Source: Octopus vulgaris (lineage: Eukaryota). Taken from it: 64,000 nt of DNA. The stretch is taken from assembly GCA_951406725.2 (NCBI GenBank), contig OX597834.1:1860001-1924000 (forward strand). The letters run 5' to 3'. Position numbers and translations under genes: made by a program. Positions 1 through 12,369 of this stretch are shown here, piece by piece. Every line of letters begins with the position of its first letter. Positions within the stretch are counted from its first letter, which is position 1. Below the pieces are notes generated by a model. The model searched no databases. It saw only the letters and a program-made list of their open reading frames with translations, and was not told the origin of the DNA.

Positions 1-37
1 TAGTCACAATTTATGTTCCTAACACTACCTTAATAAT

Positions 38-237
38 CTTGTCTACTCTAGGCACAAGGCCCGAAATTTTGGGGGAGGGGGCCAGTTAATTAGATTGACC
101 CCAGTACACAACTGGTACTTTATTTACCAACCCCTAAAGGTTGAAAGGCAAAGTCGACCTCGGTGGAATTTGAACTCAGAACGTAAAGCTAAGCATTTCG
201 CCCAGCGTGCTAACGTTTCAGCCATCATGCCGCCTTA
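38..237 (-). mobile_element. tRNA-derived SINE, family A
   Basis: Reverse complement gives a tRNA-like head (A/B-box-like, GAGTTCAAATTCC), a central GGTCGACTTTGCCTTTCA..AAGTACCAGT domain and a GGCCTTGTGCC tail; more than 15 copies in the window; diverged TSD (TAACACTA..) on both sides. Confidence 0.85.
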
Positions 238-1020
238 ACACTAGATTAATGATAACTAAGTTATTCTACTAAATTCTTTGTTGTATTTAAAATTAATTGA
301 AAGAAACACAGAGCAACTCAAAATAAATATGGTAATGAAAGGCTTAACAAACCCATCCAACCAACATCAACTTGGTGATAGCAGACATCAAAATGATGAT
401 GAAAACTGCACCGTATCTAAAACCCCAGGGAGAGATATAAAGTTTAATCCCAGCATCACTGAACAGGTTTATGATTAAACCATGTTCCACCCAGGACCAT
501 CTAGTGTTTCTATTGAGCATTCCATATCTCATCATATGGCTGTAGGAATTCAGGCGCAATCCCATTGTAGGTCAATTTGAACAACAGTCTTCTACTTTAA
601 CCCCAGAATTTGGTAGACAGGCCCACTGTGAGATAACTTGTTTCTTTAGCAACCCTAATCCACCACCCAGTTTAGTACTTTGGGTATCCTTTAGTAGGGT
701 CCAATCTGCTGTCACCTACCTTAACCCTACCTTTAGTAGAGTCCACTCCATTATCAGCTAGTTTAACACCACTTCTGGCCCTTGGGTATTGTTGTCATCC
801 ACCTGAGTGTTTGCTACATCTCCACAGTCAACATTGCCTGCAAACTAAATTGTGTACAGAATAGTTTTGTCACCATTATGTTCATCTCAGAAGAGGCCTG
901 GTTGATATTGCTATCATGCATGTACACTTTATCACAAATTAGCAGTGCTCCACCCCTGTAGCACCAGAGATTTCTTTTTGCCTCTGTGCTACTACTACTA
1001 CTAATAATAATAATAATAAT

Positions 1021-1196
1021 TCTTTCTACTAAAGGCAGAAGGCCTGAAATTTTGGAGGGAGGGGACTAGTCGATTACATCGACCCTGAAAGGATGAAAGG
1101 CAAAGCCAAGCTCAGTTGAACTTGAACTCAGAATGCCATGACAGGTGAAATACCACCAAGCCTTTCGTCCAGCATGCTAACAATTCTGCCAGCTCG
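1021..1196 (-). mobile_element. SINE family A, internally deleted and CpG-decayed
   Basis: Aligns to the family A copy at 35965-36183; tail abuts (TAA)n. Confidence 0.8.
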
Positions 1197-1206
1197 AATA
1201 ATAATA

Positions 1207-2480
1207 TCAGGTCATCCCTAAGTTCTGTCTAATTTTACTTTTTTTAAAATTGAATGAAATTTAAGAGTATTTTAGAATGTCTAATGGAATTAAAAATCAT
1301 TTTTATGCATTTGTGTACATTTAAATTAAATATTATTTTACAGAATAATAGAATTAAAATTTCTTTGATTAAAACCCTTTCTAACATGGAAGTATCCAAA
1401 GAGCATTTGAGGCACATAATGCTTTATGAGTACAAAAGAGGAAACTCTGCAGCCGAAGTGACTCGAAACATACACTCAGTTTATGGGAAAGAATGCTTGA
1501 ATGAAAGAACTTGCAGAAGATGGTTTGCAAAATTCAGAAGTGGAGATTTCAGCCTTGAAGATGAAGATCGAACAGGACGTCCAGTTGAGTTTGATGATAA
1601 GCTCCTTGAGGCTTTACTTGAAGAAAATCCTGCATTATCAGTTGAAGAATTGGCAATAAAGCTTAGTTCAAGCCATACAACTGTCCATCATCGTCTTCAA
1701 AAACTTGGAAAGGTTCCTAAACTTGGAAAATGGGTACCTCATGAATTGTCCGAAAGCAACCACAAATCCCGAGTTGACATCTGCTCTTCTCTCCATTCTC
1801 GTGAACTCATTTCACCCTTTTTAGATCGACTTGTGACTGGTGACGAAAAACAGACCTGCTATCGAAATGTTAAACGTCGTAAACTGTGGCTTGGTAAAAG
1901 GGAAAAGGCTCAACCACAACCGAGAAGGGAACTTCATGGGGAAAAGGTTCTTCTGTATATCTAGTGGGATTGCAAAGGAGTAATTCACTTTGAACTGTTA
2001 CCACCGAATGCAACAATCAATGCTCAAGTCTACTATCAGCAATTAGAGCGTTTGAACCAAGTTTTGAAGAAAAAAAGACCCGCTTTAGTGAATTCAAAAG
2101 GAGTGATGTTTCATCAGGACAATGTGCGACCCCACACTGCAAAGATCACATCACAGAAGATGGTTGGGAAGAAATTCCTCATCTACCTTATTCTCCCAAC
2201 CTTGCTCCTTCAGACTACCATCTGTTTTGTAGTTTACAGAATCATTTGGGAGACATAACTTTTGCAAGCCAGGAGGAAGTCAAAACTGACATTTCAGAGT
2301 TCTTTGTTTTGAAACCAAAAGAGTTTTACATTAATGGGATTAAAAAAGTTTGTAAATAGATGGAAGGAAGTCATAGATAATCAGGGAAAGTACATTGAGG
2401 ATTAAATTTCAATTAAATATAACATTTGATCACTTGTTTTCTTTATTCAAAATTCGGACACAACTTATGGGATGACCTGA
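1207..2480 (+). mobile_element. Full-length mariner (Tc1/mariner) DNA transposon, inactive
   Basis: About 28-30 bp TIRs (TCAGGTCATCCC-TAAGTTCTGTC at 1207; GACACAACTTATGGGATGACCTGA ending at 2480), TA target duplication on both sides, 1.27 kb length, internal transposase. Confidence 0.97.
1386..2405 (+). pseudogene. Mariner transposase pseudogene
   Basis: MEVSKEHLRHIMLYEY N-terminal HTH, WVPHEL, TGDEK, HQDNVRPH and YSPNLAPSDYHLF motifs; in-frame TAG at 1962-1964 (TGG>TAG in the CIWWD motif) and a deletion/frameshift near 2160. Confidence 0.95.
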
Positions 2481-2482
2481 TA

Positions 2483-2943
2483 ATAATATGGGATATGCCA
2501 AGAGAGAGAGAGAGAGAGAGATCAAAGATAACAGGCTAGATATTGTTGTCAGGGACTACCAAGACAATAAATGCTTTCTAATCAACATATCACTCCCAAA
2601 AGATGACAATATATCTGAAACAAAAATGGAAAAAACTCTCAAAATACAAAGATCTTGAAATAGAGATAATCTGAATATGGGGCTTGAGAACAGAAATAAT
2701 CCTTAGGCATGGTTCAAAAATATACAAATACATAACAAAAACACCAGGACTTACAAATATATATATATATATAGCTTATAGAAAAGAGCACTGCTAGGCA
2801 CTGCGCACATCCTACGTAAAGCACTTTCAATACAGTAAAAATTACAACACTAAAACCACAACACATACCTAGGGCACACTGAGATGCACTTGGTACTACA
2901 GTGAAAGCACATGATAAAAATAAGACTACTGAATAAATAATGA
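2483..2943 (+). mobile_element. 5'-truncated non-LTR retrotransposon with restriction-like endonuclease (R4/Dong-like), decayed
   Basis: Translates to IIWDMP..IKDNRLDIVV..CFLINISLP..LSKYKDLEIEI..ALLGTAHILRKALSIQ* (stop 2836-2838), the RPD..D..P..K..KY RLE C-terminus; frameshifts and stops present; TAA-rich flanks. Confidence 0.85.
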
Positions 2944-2944
2944 T

Positions 2945-3152
2945 TCTTTCAAATTTTGTCCACAAGTCCAGCAATTCTCATGGGAGCAGCCTTGGTCAAT
3001 TAGTTTGACCTCAAGTGATACTTGTTTTATCGATTCAGAAAGGATGAAAAGTAAAGTTGACTTCAGAGGGATTTGAACTCAGAACATAAGGAGCCAGAAG
3101 AAATGCTGCTAAGCATTCTGTCCAGTATACTACTGATTCTGCCAGCTTGCCA
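2945..3152 (-). mobile_element. SINE family A, strongly CpG-decayed
   Basis: AAAGGATGAAA..GTTGACTTC..TTTGAACTCAGAAC..GCTAAGCATT..TCTGCCAGCT matches family A. Confidence 0.75.
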
Positions 3153-4044
3153 TCATACCAGGCAGTGGCTCTGTACATTGTACATTGTTTTGTCTTGGTA
3201 TAAAAGATGGACAACAGCAAATATCCCACTCAATACCACAGATTTGTTTGTCATTTGCTTGATCTTAACCAGTTGACCATGTCCCTTAGTGGCTGACGAT
3301 ATGTGCATCTCTGATCACGAGCAGAAGTAGAGGGGGGAGCATCATAGCCATGTGTAGAGAGGACTTCTTTGGGGTTTGAATAATTTTAATTCACCCTTGG
3401 AAACATGGGTGTTTTGTTCATCATCCTTAAACAAGCCTTATCCAGGGCTCTTTTGAGTAGGATGGGCTACTTGATCTGAAAATTCTAACTGGGCCCCACC
3501 TGCAAGGTCATGCATGCACTGTCCATCTTGATATGAGATCACTATGTTGCACACATATGGTTGTGATGCATGTGCCTGGTGTACCCTTATCAGCCAGGTA
3601 GTCACGATGGGTATACTGGGTTTCGTATATTTGTACCCTAGGTCACTTAGGAAGGAAAGAATAATTAAAAGCCATACCACAGCTGTCACTCACAAACATG
3701 ACATGGGAACATATACCATACTTCCACTAACTGTTTTAGAGACCTGGGGAGTCCCAAGTAGACATAGCGCTTTCCTCTCAGCCCGCCAAAACTTGACTCA
3801 GTTGGAGCATCGCTGGGGAAGAAGGGACTACATCAGCACTTGGTTGATATTTATTAACAGCTGAGTTAACTAGAGCAATGTAGAATAAAGTATCTTGCTT
3901 AAGGACACAAAGCTCCACATGGATCAGGAATCAAAAGTGATATGAAAAACTTAACCATTAAGGTTACATGCATTCAGGAAAAAAGATGTCAACTAATACA
4001 CAAGCAAAATAGCATGACTTAAGTACATACACATAGAATGGTTT

Positions 4045-4230
4045 CAAACCTTGGCACAAGGTCAGTAATTTTGGGGGGAAGGGTAAGTCGATTACATTTG
4101 ACCCCAGTGCTCAACTAGTACTTGGTTTATTGACCCCCAAAAGGATGAAAGGCCAAGTAGACCTTGGCAGAATTTGAACTCAGAATGTAAAGACAGATGA
4201 AATACCGCTAAGCATTTAGTTTGGCATGTT
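4045..4230 (-). mobile_element. SINE family A, CpG-decayed
   Basis: Same domain order as other family A copies. Confidence 0.8.
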
Positions 4231-5239
4231 AATGATTATACATATGTATAAATAGCAGCACAGGGTACTGCACACATATAAACATGCAGTACTCCTTAAT
4301 CAGTGTGTGTGTATGAAAGAGAAAGAAAGAGATCACACACCCATATATGGGGGACAGGACATATATTACAAAGGCTACTTGATGTGTGTACAAGATATCT
4401 GAATCACACACACAGGTTTGTCTTTACAAGGACCAACACTGAGACTACTGTACATAGCAATATTAGCAGAGCTGCCATGATGGTGGTGGTACATTGGTGA
4501 TGATGGTGGGGGGTGACCACAATGAGGAGTGGCATTGGTGATGGCAAAGTATGATTTAGTGACAATGAACATGGAAAAAATAAGAAAGTGTAGTGGTGAT
4601 ATTAAAGGGGGGATAAGAGAGAGAGAGAGAGAGAGAGGAAGAGTGGTAGTAGAAAATGGGGCCATGGTTGCTTTATTCTGAAAGAAAAAGCAGCCAAATT
4701 GCCCTCAATCAACATACTGCCAGAAGACTGGATCAAGACTGACCTAGGGTAAAACAATGAGGTGATGCTGATGATGATGATGATGGTGGTAATAGTATTG
4801 TGTAGCTGCAGAAAGTGACAAAGGGATAACTTGCAAAGCCACCCAGTGGTCACTTGTTTGGGTTACAGTGTGACACTCCTGACATATTCTCTCCACTGTC
4901 CACTCTGTTCCTCTACTTTGGTAGACACTCCAGTCTGACACGTAGTGGCCACTTGTCTGGGGTGGTGTGACACCTGGATATGTGCTCTCTCTATTTAGCA
5001 GTAACCACAGTAAAGATGGGCAAGGTGGACATAACCATAACATGACGGTTAACTGATCCTCTGATGGGTGGCGTCCATCCCATCAACACAGTATTTGGTT
5101 GTCCAGTGAGGCCAATCAGGTGACATCCATTTCTGTGTTGTGAATGTGTGGTCCTTATGCTGGTCTACACTGATCAGTGGAAACAGTGCTTGGGTGGTGG
5201 TCATGCTTTTGTGTGTGCTGTGTATGCATGTAATATAAC

Positions 5240-5615
5240 TTTATCTTCTACTGGTTTCAGTCATTAGACTGCAGCCCATGCTGGGGCACCGGCTTGAGGA
5301 ATTGAATTGATCCTGGTACTTTTTTTTCTTTGTAAGCCTGGAATTTATTCTATTGGTCTCATTTGCTGAACAGCTAAGTTACAGGGATGTAAACACACCA
5401 ACACCGGTTGTCAAGCAGTGTTGGGAGACAAATATAGACACACACATATATAAAAGATGGGCTTCTTTCAGTTTCTATCTACCAAATCCACTCACAAGGC
5501 TTTGGTCAGCCCATGGCTATAGAAGAAGACACTTGCCCAAGATGCCACACAGTGGACCTGAACCGAGGACCATGCAGTTAGGAAGTAAGCTTCTTACCAC
5601 ACAGCCGAGCCTGCA
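5240..5615 (-). mobile_element. tRNA-derived SINE, family B (CORE-like head, internal microsatellite)
   Basis: Aligns to the full-length copies at 49180-49577 and 58471-58921. Confidence 0.85.
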
Positions 5616-8469
5616 CCAGCACACAACCACAGGAAGGTGTAGTTATGGTGTACTATCATCATCCTTTTAAAGTTCACTTTTCCATGCTTGGATGGAATTT
5701 GTTCTACACCTGGATGCCCTTCCTGTCACCAACCTTCACCTGTTTCCAAATGTTTCCAATGAAGATTGGAAATGAAAGATACTGCTAGCACAATGGTGAC
5801 ACTTGTTTACAACTACCAAGCAAAGTCAAGGAGACACTAATATAACCACACACATACACTATGGGCTTCTTTCTACCCAAATCTACTCACAAGGCTTTGG
5901 TCAGTCCAAACCTAGAGCAGAAGATACTTGCCCAAGGTGTCACGTAGTGGAAATGAACCAGAAATTAAGTAGTTGGGAAGCAAACTTCTTAACACACAAC
6001 CATATCCTCACTTATGTTTTGTGTGTGTCTGTAGGAAAATTATGTTCTGGAGTGTTGTGTACTTGTGTGTGTGTGTGTCTATGTGTATCACGGTATCAAC
6101 CCAGACTATCAAATGTTGTTATACATTGCTGGCACAATGCAGTTCACATCATTTTAGTTTTCGAATGATGCCTCTCCACTATCTTAGGTGAGCAGGTCAA
6201 CATTCCCCCTGAACGATGTGAAATGAAGTGTTTTGCTCAAAAACACAACAGGCAGCTAGTCTGAGAATCAAACCATGCACACGCACACACACACATATAT
6301 ATATATATATGCATGTGTGTGTGTGTGTGTGTCTGGGTCTTTGCAAGTGGTTTTTCACGTGATGACATAGAATGAGGTGATTGAAGTTTGCTGCAGCAAC
6401 AAACTATGTCTTTCATATGTCCAAAGAGAGGTGGGGAGAATATTTTTTAATTTTTGTTGTGTAAATGCTCAGTAAGTGTGGTCGGTATACAGCCTGTAGT
6501 GGTGTGTAAGGAAGTGCTTTGTGGGCCCAGCTGGATATAATAGAGTTTGTGGTGTATACACCATTGTTACGATTCCTTTCTCTTGACCAAAATATGCTAC
6601 CAGCAATGGCCATAAATTTGTACATCATTCGGGTTTTCTTTATTGTCGTCTCCTGTGAATGTTTTGTGTATTAGGGAAGTGTCGCATGTAACTGCTAACG
6701 TTTGTGTGTGTGTTGTTTTGTATGATAATTGGTCGTATCCAATGCCCTCTGCTTTTGCTGCTAAAACAGGGGACAGTAGGTCTGATTGGTGCTGCTCCAA
6801 GTCTGTTGTTATGGAGAAAAGCGTTTCTCAGGAATTACATCAGGGTCAGAGTAAGTTGTGTAGCAGTTTCTGGAGAATGGCAGATCAAGAGGTGAGCTGT
6901 GATATCACCCACCAACATGAGCAAATGGAAGGGAGGGGGCTGTGTATATATTCATGGAAACATAGGAAGGTGATCCTGGTACACATGTGTGTGTGAAAAT
7001 GGATCCCTGCAGTACTCTAGTCAGGATGCAGTAGTTTCTGGAAGCAATGTTCTTGTACACTACATGGCCCCAGGAGGGGGGTGGACTGAGAAGTAATTTA
7101 GTAGTCAATGCTTTGTGTAAAAGTGGATAGCAAAGAAGAATGACGTTTAAAGATTTCATGATGTCCAAGGTAGTTAGAATGGTAGGTGCAGGAGGAGGTG
7201 GTGGTGGTGGTGTTGTTCTAGCTGAAGCCATCCTGTAATGTCTGTGTGTGTGTTGGTTTGTGGTAGTAGTGTGACTGTTAAGTGAAGAATGAGTGGCCTG
7301 AATCCATATCATGATTTGGATAGGGAAATGTATGGGGCAAGGTCAAAGACTGGCCAGTCTAGAATATTGGTATGCTGACAACATAGAAGGGTGAATGGAT
7401 TTACTGCATTTGGCTTTGAGAATTGTTAGAATTTAGTCCAGATGGGAAATCTTTCCCATGATGTGGGCCACATGAGACACAGCTTGCTCACTCATGAAGC
7501 AAGCCACATTACTAAAAAAAAAAAAAACCAAGTTAATTTTTTTTTGTTTTGTTTAGTTGTACCATTGAGAAAGTCCTGCAGTCTTGGCTGACCTAGATTC
7601 TGGGAATAAGACAGTTTGGGCTCAAGTACCCTTAAATGTTAGTGGGTTTAGCTATTCCTTCAGGTATTTCGAGTGTACATTTGGGATTTTCACTGGCCCC
7701 CAAAGCTTTGGACTTTCTAGATTTCCCTATTGGCAGGAATGCACCAAAATAATACGGTTGAGATGGGCAATACATGTTCTTTGTTTTGTATTCATATCTT
7801 TTGTGAATTGGATTAATTTTTTTTTTTTTTAATGGCTTATTTTCAAAGAATAGCTGATGAGGAAGGGTTTAGATTTGATTGAGACTGCATTGTGGTTGTT
7901 ACATTAATCCGACCCTGTGGGGTAGGTATGTGTCACTGTTTTGTCTTACTGCTAGTGTTGTAATTTAGGTGGGGTTTAAAATACATATCCCACAAGGCAA
8001 CATAAGAAATACAACCCATGGCCCACTAAAAATCGACAGACATCCTCAACACAATAAATTTACAAACAGAAATAAATTTCAACAAGAAAAACTCAGCAAC
8101 TTAAACCATGGCAATAAAATATTAGAGAGTGGTGGTGGTGGTAGTAGCAATGGTGTAATACAATATACAGTATGGTATGGGTAGAGGTGGTGTATGAGTG
8201 GTGATGTATTGGTGGTGGTGGTGGCAGTGCATTGGTAGTAGTGGTGCTGTGGTTGTTAATATATCTAACATTAGCCACAACTCTAAACAGAACGTCAGAG
8301 TTGGTGGTAGTGGTAATGGTGATGTAGAGGCGTTCAAGCCCGGATCCAACACAGCACCTGTGACATCTGGGTCCTAATAATTTCCGTCGAGGGGCTTCCT
8401 TTCGGATCTTCACAAGTCGGATCCAAACACTCACAAAAAAGCAACCCAGGGAGCTTTTACAAGTATGTA

Positions 8470-9190
8470 AGATATGATTTGAAGGACATTTCGCAGCTAT
8501 TTCTAGCAGGTTGAGAAACAGGAGCAAAAGCTCTCTGATGATGTTTAGCCCCAGAACAGCCCTGATCCAGCAGACCTATGATCAAAGAAGCTCCAATAGT
8601 GACCATCACGTTTTTACTTAAACATAATATACCTAGGACTCTATTATCTAATGTGTCCTTCCATTTTAACCCCAGGTCAGTCTCGATCCAGCACATCTAT
8701 GTAACCATGTTCCAGTCGTGCCCAGCCCGACATAGTGTACCTAGGACTACATTAGCTAGTGCGTCCTCCTTTGTTATTATTGTTTAGTCCCAAGTAAATC
8801 TGGATCCAACAGACCTATCACCAAAGATTCACCCACGACCATCCCGTCTTTGATTCCAACGTAGCGTATCATCTAACGTGTCCTTTCTTGTTTAATCCTA
8901 GGTCAGTCCTGAGCCAGTGGCTCTATGATCAATGGTAATCCAAACATGACCAGCTTGCCTTTTATTGAAACATAGACTATCTAGGACTATATTATGTAAT
9001 GTGTCCTTCCATGTCACCGTTGTTTAGCCCATGGTATGTCGCGATCCAGCAGCACTGTGATCACAGGTATCTGAACTATGACCATCCCGTCAATTATTGT
9101 CGTAGTCTAACTAGAACTACATTTTTGTGTCCAACATTGAAGATGATGATCGTATGTGTAACGAGGGCGATTTGACTGCTATATCTAACA
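8470..9190 (-). repeat. Tandem array of about 5 diverged ~120 bp units of the ancient SINE-like family C
   Basis: Unit TGTTTAGCCCCAGGTCAG..GATCCAGCAGACCTATGATCAAAG..GACCATCCCGTC..CTAGGACTACATTA..TGTGTCC recurs at about 8542, 8665, 8781, 8889 and 9022; flanked by the GCTATTTCTAGC head motif. Confidence 0.75.
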
Positions 9191-9793
9191 CAGATACAAT
9201 AGTGAATGGGACCACGAGGAACCTGGTCGAAACGACTCCGAGTTTATTGGTGGTGATGGTCGTGGTGGGGGAGGTGGTGGTGGTTCTAGAGAAGTAAACA
9301 GCTGATAGATAACATAAACACATCGGTAAGAGGGAGGAAGGGGAGGTGAACGTATACAACAGAGTAAGAGAGGAGGGTGTTAGTGAGAGACTGAGAGAGA
9401 GGGGGAGACAGAGAGATAGGGTAAAAGAGGTGAAAGAGAGGGAGTGAATGCTAGGATGTGAGTAAGGGTGTGAGAAGAGAGAGGGTGTGCGAGGTGAGTG
9501 AGACCAGCAGCACTCGACCAACATGGCATGATAAATAAATAAATAGAGAGAGAAAGAGAGAGAGAGACAATAAGAGAGAGAGAGAAAGAGAGAGAGCGAA
9601 TATAAGATGGAACAACTTGCTTCCAAAATAAGAGACAACATCGAGTGTATTTGCGTCCAGGTGAGAATATGGCCGTATTTCAGGCGATCTCTTTGGTCTC
9701 CTGGTTCAATATCTGCTCCAGTGTACAGCATTAAGGAGACAGGGAGACGGTCAGATGGAAGTTAATCGAGACATTTGTAAAAGTCCACATTAC

Positions 9794-9826
9794 CTGATCT
9801 TCCTCTTTCTTCGAAGCAGCCATCAT
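9794..9826 (-). CDS. Candidate first coding exon (MMAASKKEEDQ, phase-0 intron) of an unidentified gene running leftwards
   Basis: ATGATGGCTGCT.. ends at a CAG|GTAATG donor; adjacent NRF1-type palindrome and CpG-rich unique sequence; downstream DNA appears CpG-depleted; no further exon identified. Confidence 0.5.
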
Positions 9827-10140
9827 GTGCTACATTAGTGCGCATGCGCCAACATCCCTAGCCTCTACACCCGAATTTCGCGCGCTTTTCGCATTGTCTT
9901 GTCTGCAGACAATTGCTCGAGCAATTTAAATTAAACACTTATTGTATTCTTTCTACTGTTTTTGGTTCTTGAAAATTGTCCGAATGGGTTGCGCAGTTTT
10001 TTTGTGTTTACTTTAAGAAAAATATCTCCAACTCTTAAACTAAGTGTTCTCCCTCCCCCACTACCACGACGACTCGTTACTAAGGGAAAATGGGGGAGGG
10101 GGAGCAAAAGCAGGCTTTTCCAGTAACTGTTTTACACCCC
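9827..10140 (-). promoter_or_regulatory. Probable promoter / 5' region with NRF1-type site TGCGCATGCGC (9839-9849)
   Basis: Perfect GCGCATGCGC palindrome, local CpG enrichment (CGCGCG, TTGCGCA), non-repetitive sequence. Confidence 0.55.
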
Positions 10141-12028
10141 TCCGTTGCTGTACATATTTAATTAGGAGAAACAAATGGAGATGTGGAGTAGTTTTGGAGG
10201 CTGGAAATTTTTTTAAAGACATGAAACTTTATAAAATGTCAACTTTTCCTCCTCTCACGTCCACATAAATCTCTGTTGATCATTTCAGAGCAACTTTCAA
10301 TTACTTCCCAGGCAATTTAAACATTGCCTGATAAGTCGAAAGAAAAAGCTGAAACCATACTTTCTATTGAAAATAGTTGAAAGCATTTTGTTTGAATTAA
10401 TTTATTTTATTATCATTTCTATTTTAATTATTCATATATTTTTCTTTCATCGTTTATTTTTAGGAAGAAAAAGAGAGAAAGCTGACCAAAACAGTTACAA
10501 TTTTTTTTTTAATATACAATAGAAATAATGGCGTGAAACTAAATCAGTGAAATTAATTGTACGTTGCTAGCTGCAAGCAGTTGAGTGAAATACCAGTCAC
10601 CATTGAGTCACCGCCAATGAGGGAGAAAGAGATTCTCCTCCCAAAGAGATATGACATGGCGGGGGCGACCTATATTTTAATTCTAGAAGGTTAATGACTA
10701 GATGAATATAAAGATGGATGGATGGATTGCAGAGAGAGAGACAGATTAGTATGTGGATCGACATTGAAGCATTAGAAGATAGAACGATAGAGTGATCTAT
10801 AGAGCGGTAAGTAGAGATAGATATGTGGCTATATAGAGCAGCAAGAACGTCGGTAAGTAGAAAGATACAGTTAGATAGATAGATAGATAGATAGACAGAT
10901 AGACAGATAGGTAGATAGATAGGACGTATGGATATCGTTGCATTGAGCGCAATGCGTATGTGTATAAATATGCATATTATCTGAAATTATATATACATAT
11001 GTTCGTCTATTTGTACTTGTTGTTCACACTCTATCTATCTATATATATAAATAACAATTAGAACCTAAAAGCATATATATGTGTGTAGATAGGTGGATAG
11101 ATAGAGCAGTAGGTAGATAAAATGGCTACATAGAACAGGAAAAGTGAAAGATAGACCGATAGATATATTATAGAGAACAGGAAGAAGATTGATTGACATA
11201 TATAAATAGTGAGACAGACAAACGTTTTAAATATTTACTTATTTGGCAAATAGGTGAAATATAATAGAAATATTAGAGCCCCACTTTGTTTTAAATTTTT
11301 TAATGGAGTCGAAAGTAAGAACATTGAATGTTTTAAATAAACCTGTGAGATTTTCATGTTGGGATATAAATATAATTTGTTACAACCAACAAGTCGACAC
11401 TTTGAAGCCATCGTTATTAAGATAATTTAACCAGGAAGAAATAGCAAGAAAAAAATTACAATAACAAATCAATAATTGCATTCCTTTCGTTTTTTGGGGG
11501 GGGTTTTTTGTCTTTTTTTCTGTGATGGCAAAAGGATGGAAAGAGAAACTAGATTGAAGAATTTTTAAAATCTACAGGGAAAATATTTTTATGGGGATTT
11601 TTTTTTTTTAATCATTATATGGTCTTTAGTTTGGTTAAAGTTTGTGGCTGGTTGTAAGATTTATTAAATAAATTATAAGTTGCAGTATTCTTTAACTATT
11701 AAGAGTGGAATCTAAGTTATGTTTGGCAATTATTATTTCTAAATGTCGAGCGAAGTGGTAAAATATGCCGCACTCTTTGAAGACTCGGAATCTGAACTAC
11801 TTTGGTTCGCTTAAAATAATCTTTTGTCCGTCTTTTTTTTTTTATTCTTAAATCGTACAAAAGTAGAAATATTTGCTGTTAGGGTGTCTTCATTTTTAAC
11901 ATAGATTTCTTTAACTATATTAAATATACTTCTTTATATATAAGGCAAATTTCTTGATATATATCAAATATATTAAATTTAGTAGAATGTATCCTAAAAC
12001 TGGAAGAAATTCGTATTTTCATGGGTAA

Positions 12029-12090
<62 letters not shown>

Positions 12091-12092
<2 letters not shown>

Positions 12093-12301
12093 GTTTAAAT
12101 ATTTGTTGTGCAAGATTTTTTATGTGAAGTCGTGTGTTGAAACAGATATTGTTATATTTCGGAATGGTCATATTGCCAGTTTAGCCAATAAAGATTAATG
12201 TAAAAAATAAATATCACTGAAGCAAAACAACACCAAATATATAGTGCGTGTGTTTTTATTGGCTAAACTGGCAATATGACCATTCCGAAATATAACAATA
12301 T
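12091..12301. mobile_element. Fold-back element in (TA)n with a perfect 47 bp inverted repeat and a degenerate hammerhead fold (Penelope-like pLTR remnant)
   Basis: Arms 12146-12192 and 12255-12301 are exact reverse complements; (TA)n on both sides. Confidence 0.7.
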
Positions 12302-12326
12302 ATATATATATATATGTATGTATGTA

Positions 12327-12369
<43 letters not shown>

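Noticed and set aside
1254-1385. N-terminal extension of the transposase ORF
   Set aside because: AT-rich 5' UTR that happens to be open; mariner homology starts at ATG 1386
1254-2405. Domesticated SETMAR-like gene
   Set aside because: Both TIRs and the TA duplication are present, with a stop and a frameshift; no SET domain
3668-3770. 5S rRNA-like words (GCCATACCAC, GAGACC..GGGA)
   Set aside because: Matches are too short and the intervening sequence does not align to 5S
6400-7900. Possible very old LINE remnant (VLQGSIF resembles the RT QG motif)
   Set aside because: Single weak motif; no other RT motifs recoverable by eye
8540-9135. CRISPR-like repeat array
   Set aside because: Eukaryotic context, long diverged units without unique spacers, no cas genes
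9607-9666. Plus-strand mini-exon MEQLASKIRDNIECICVQ|GTGAGA
   Set aside because: Plausible donor but no supporting promoter context, and it would oppose the better-supported minus-strand start; cannot be supported
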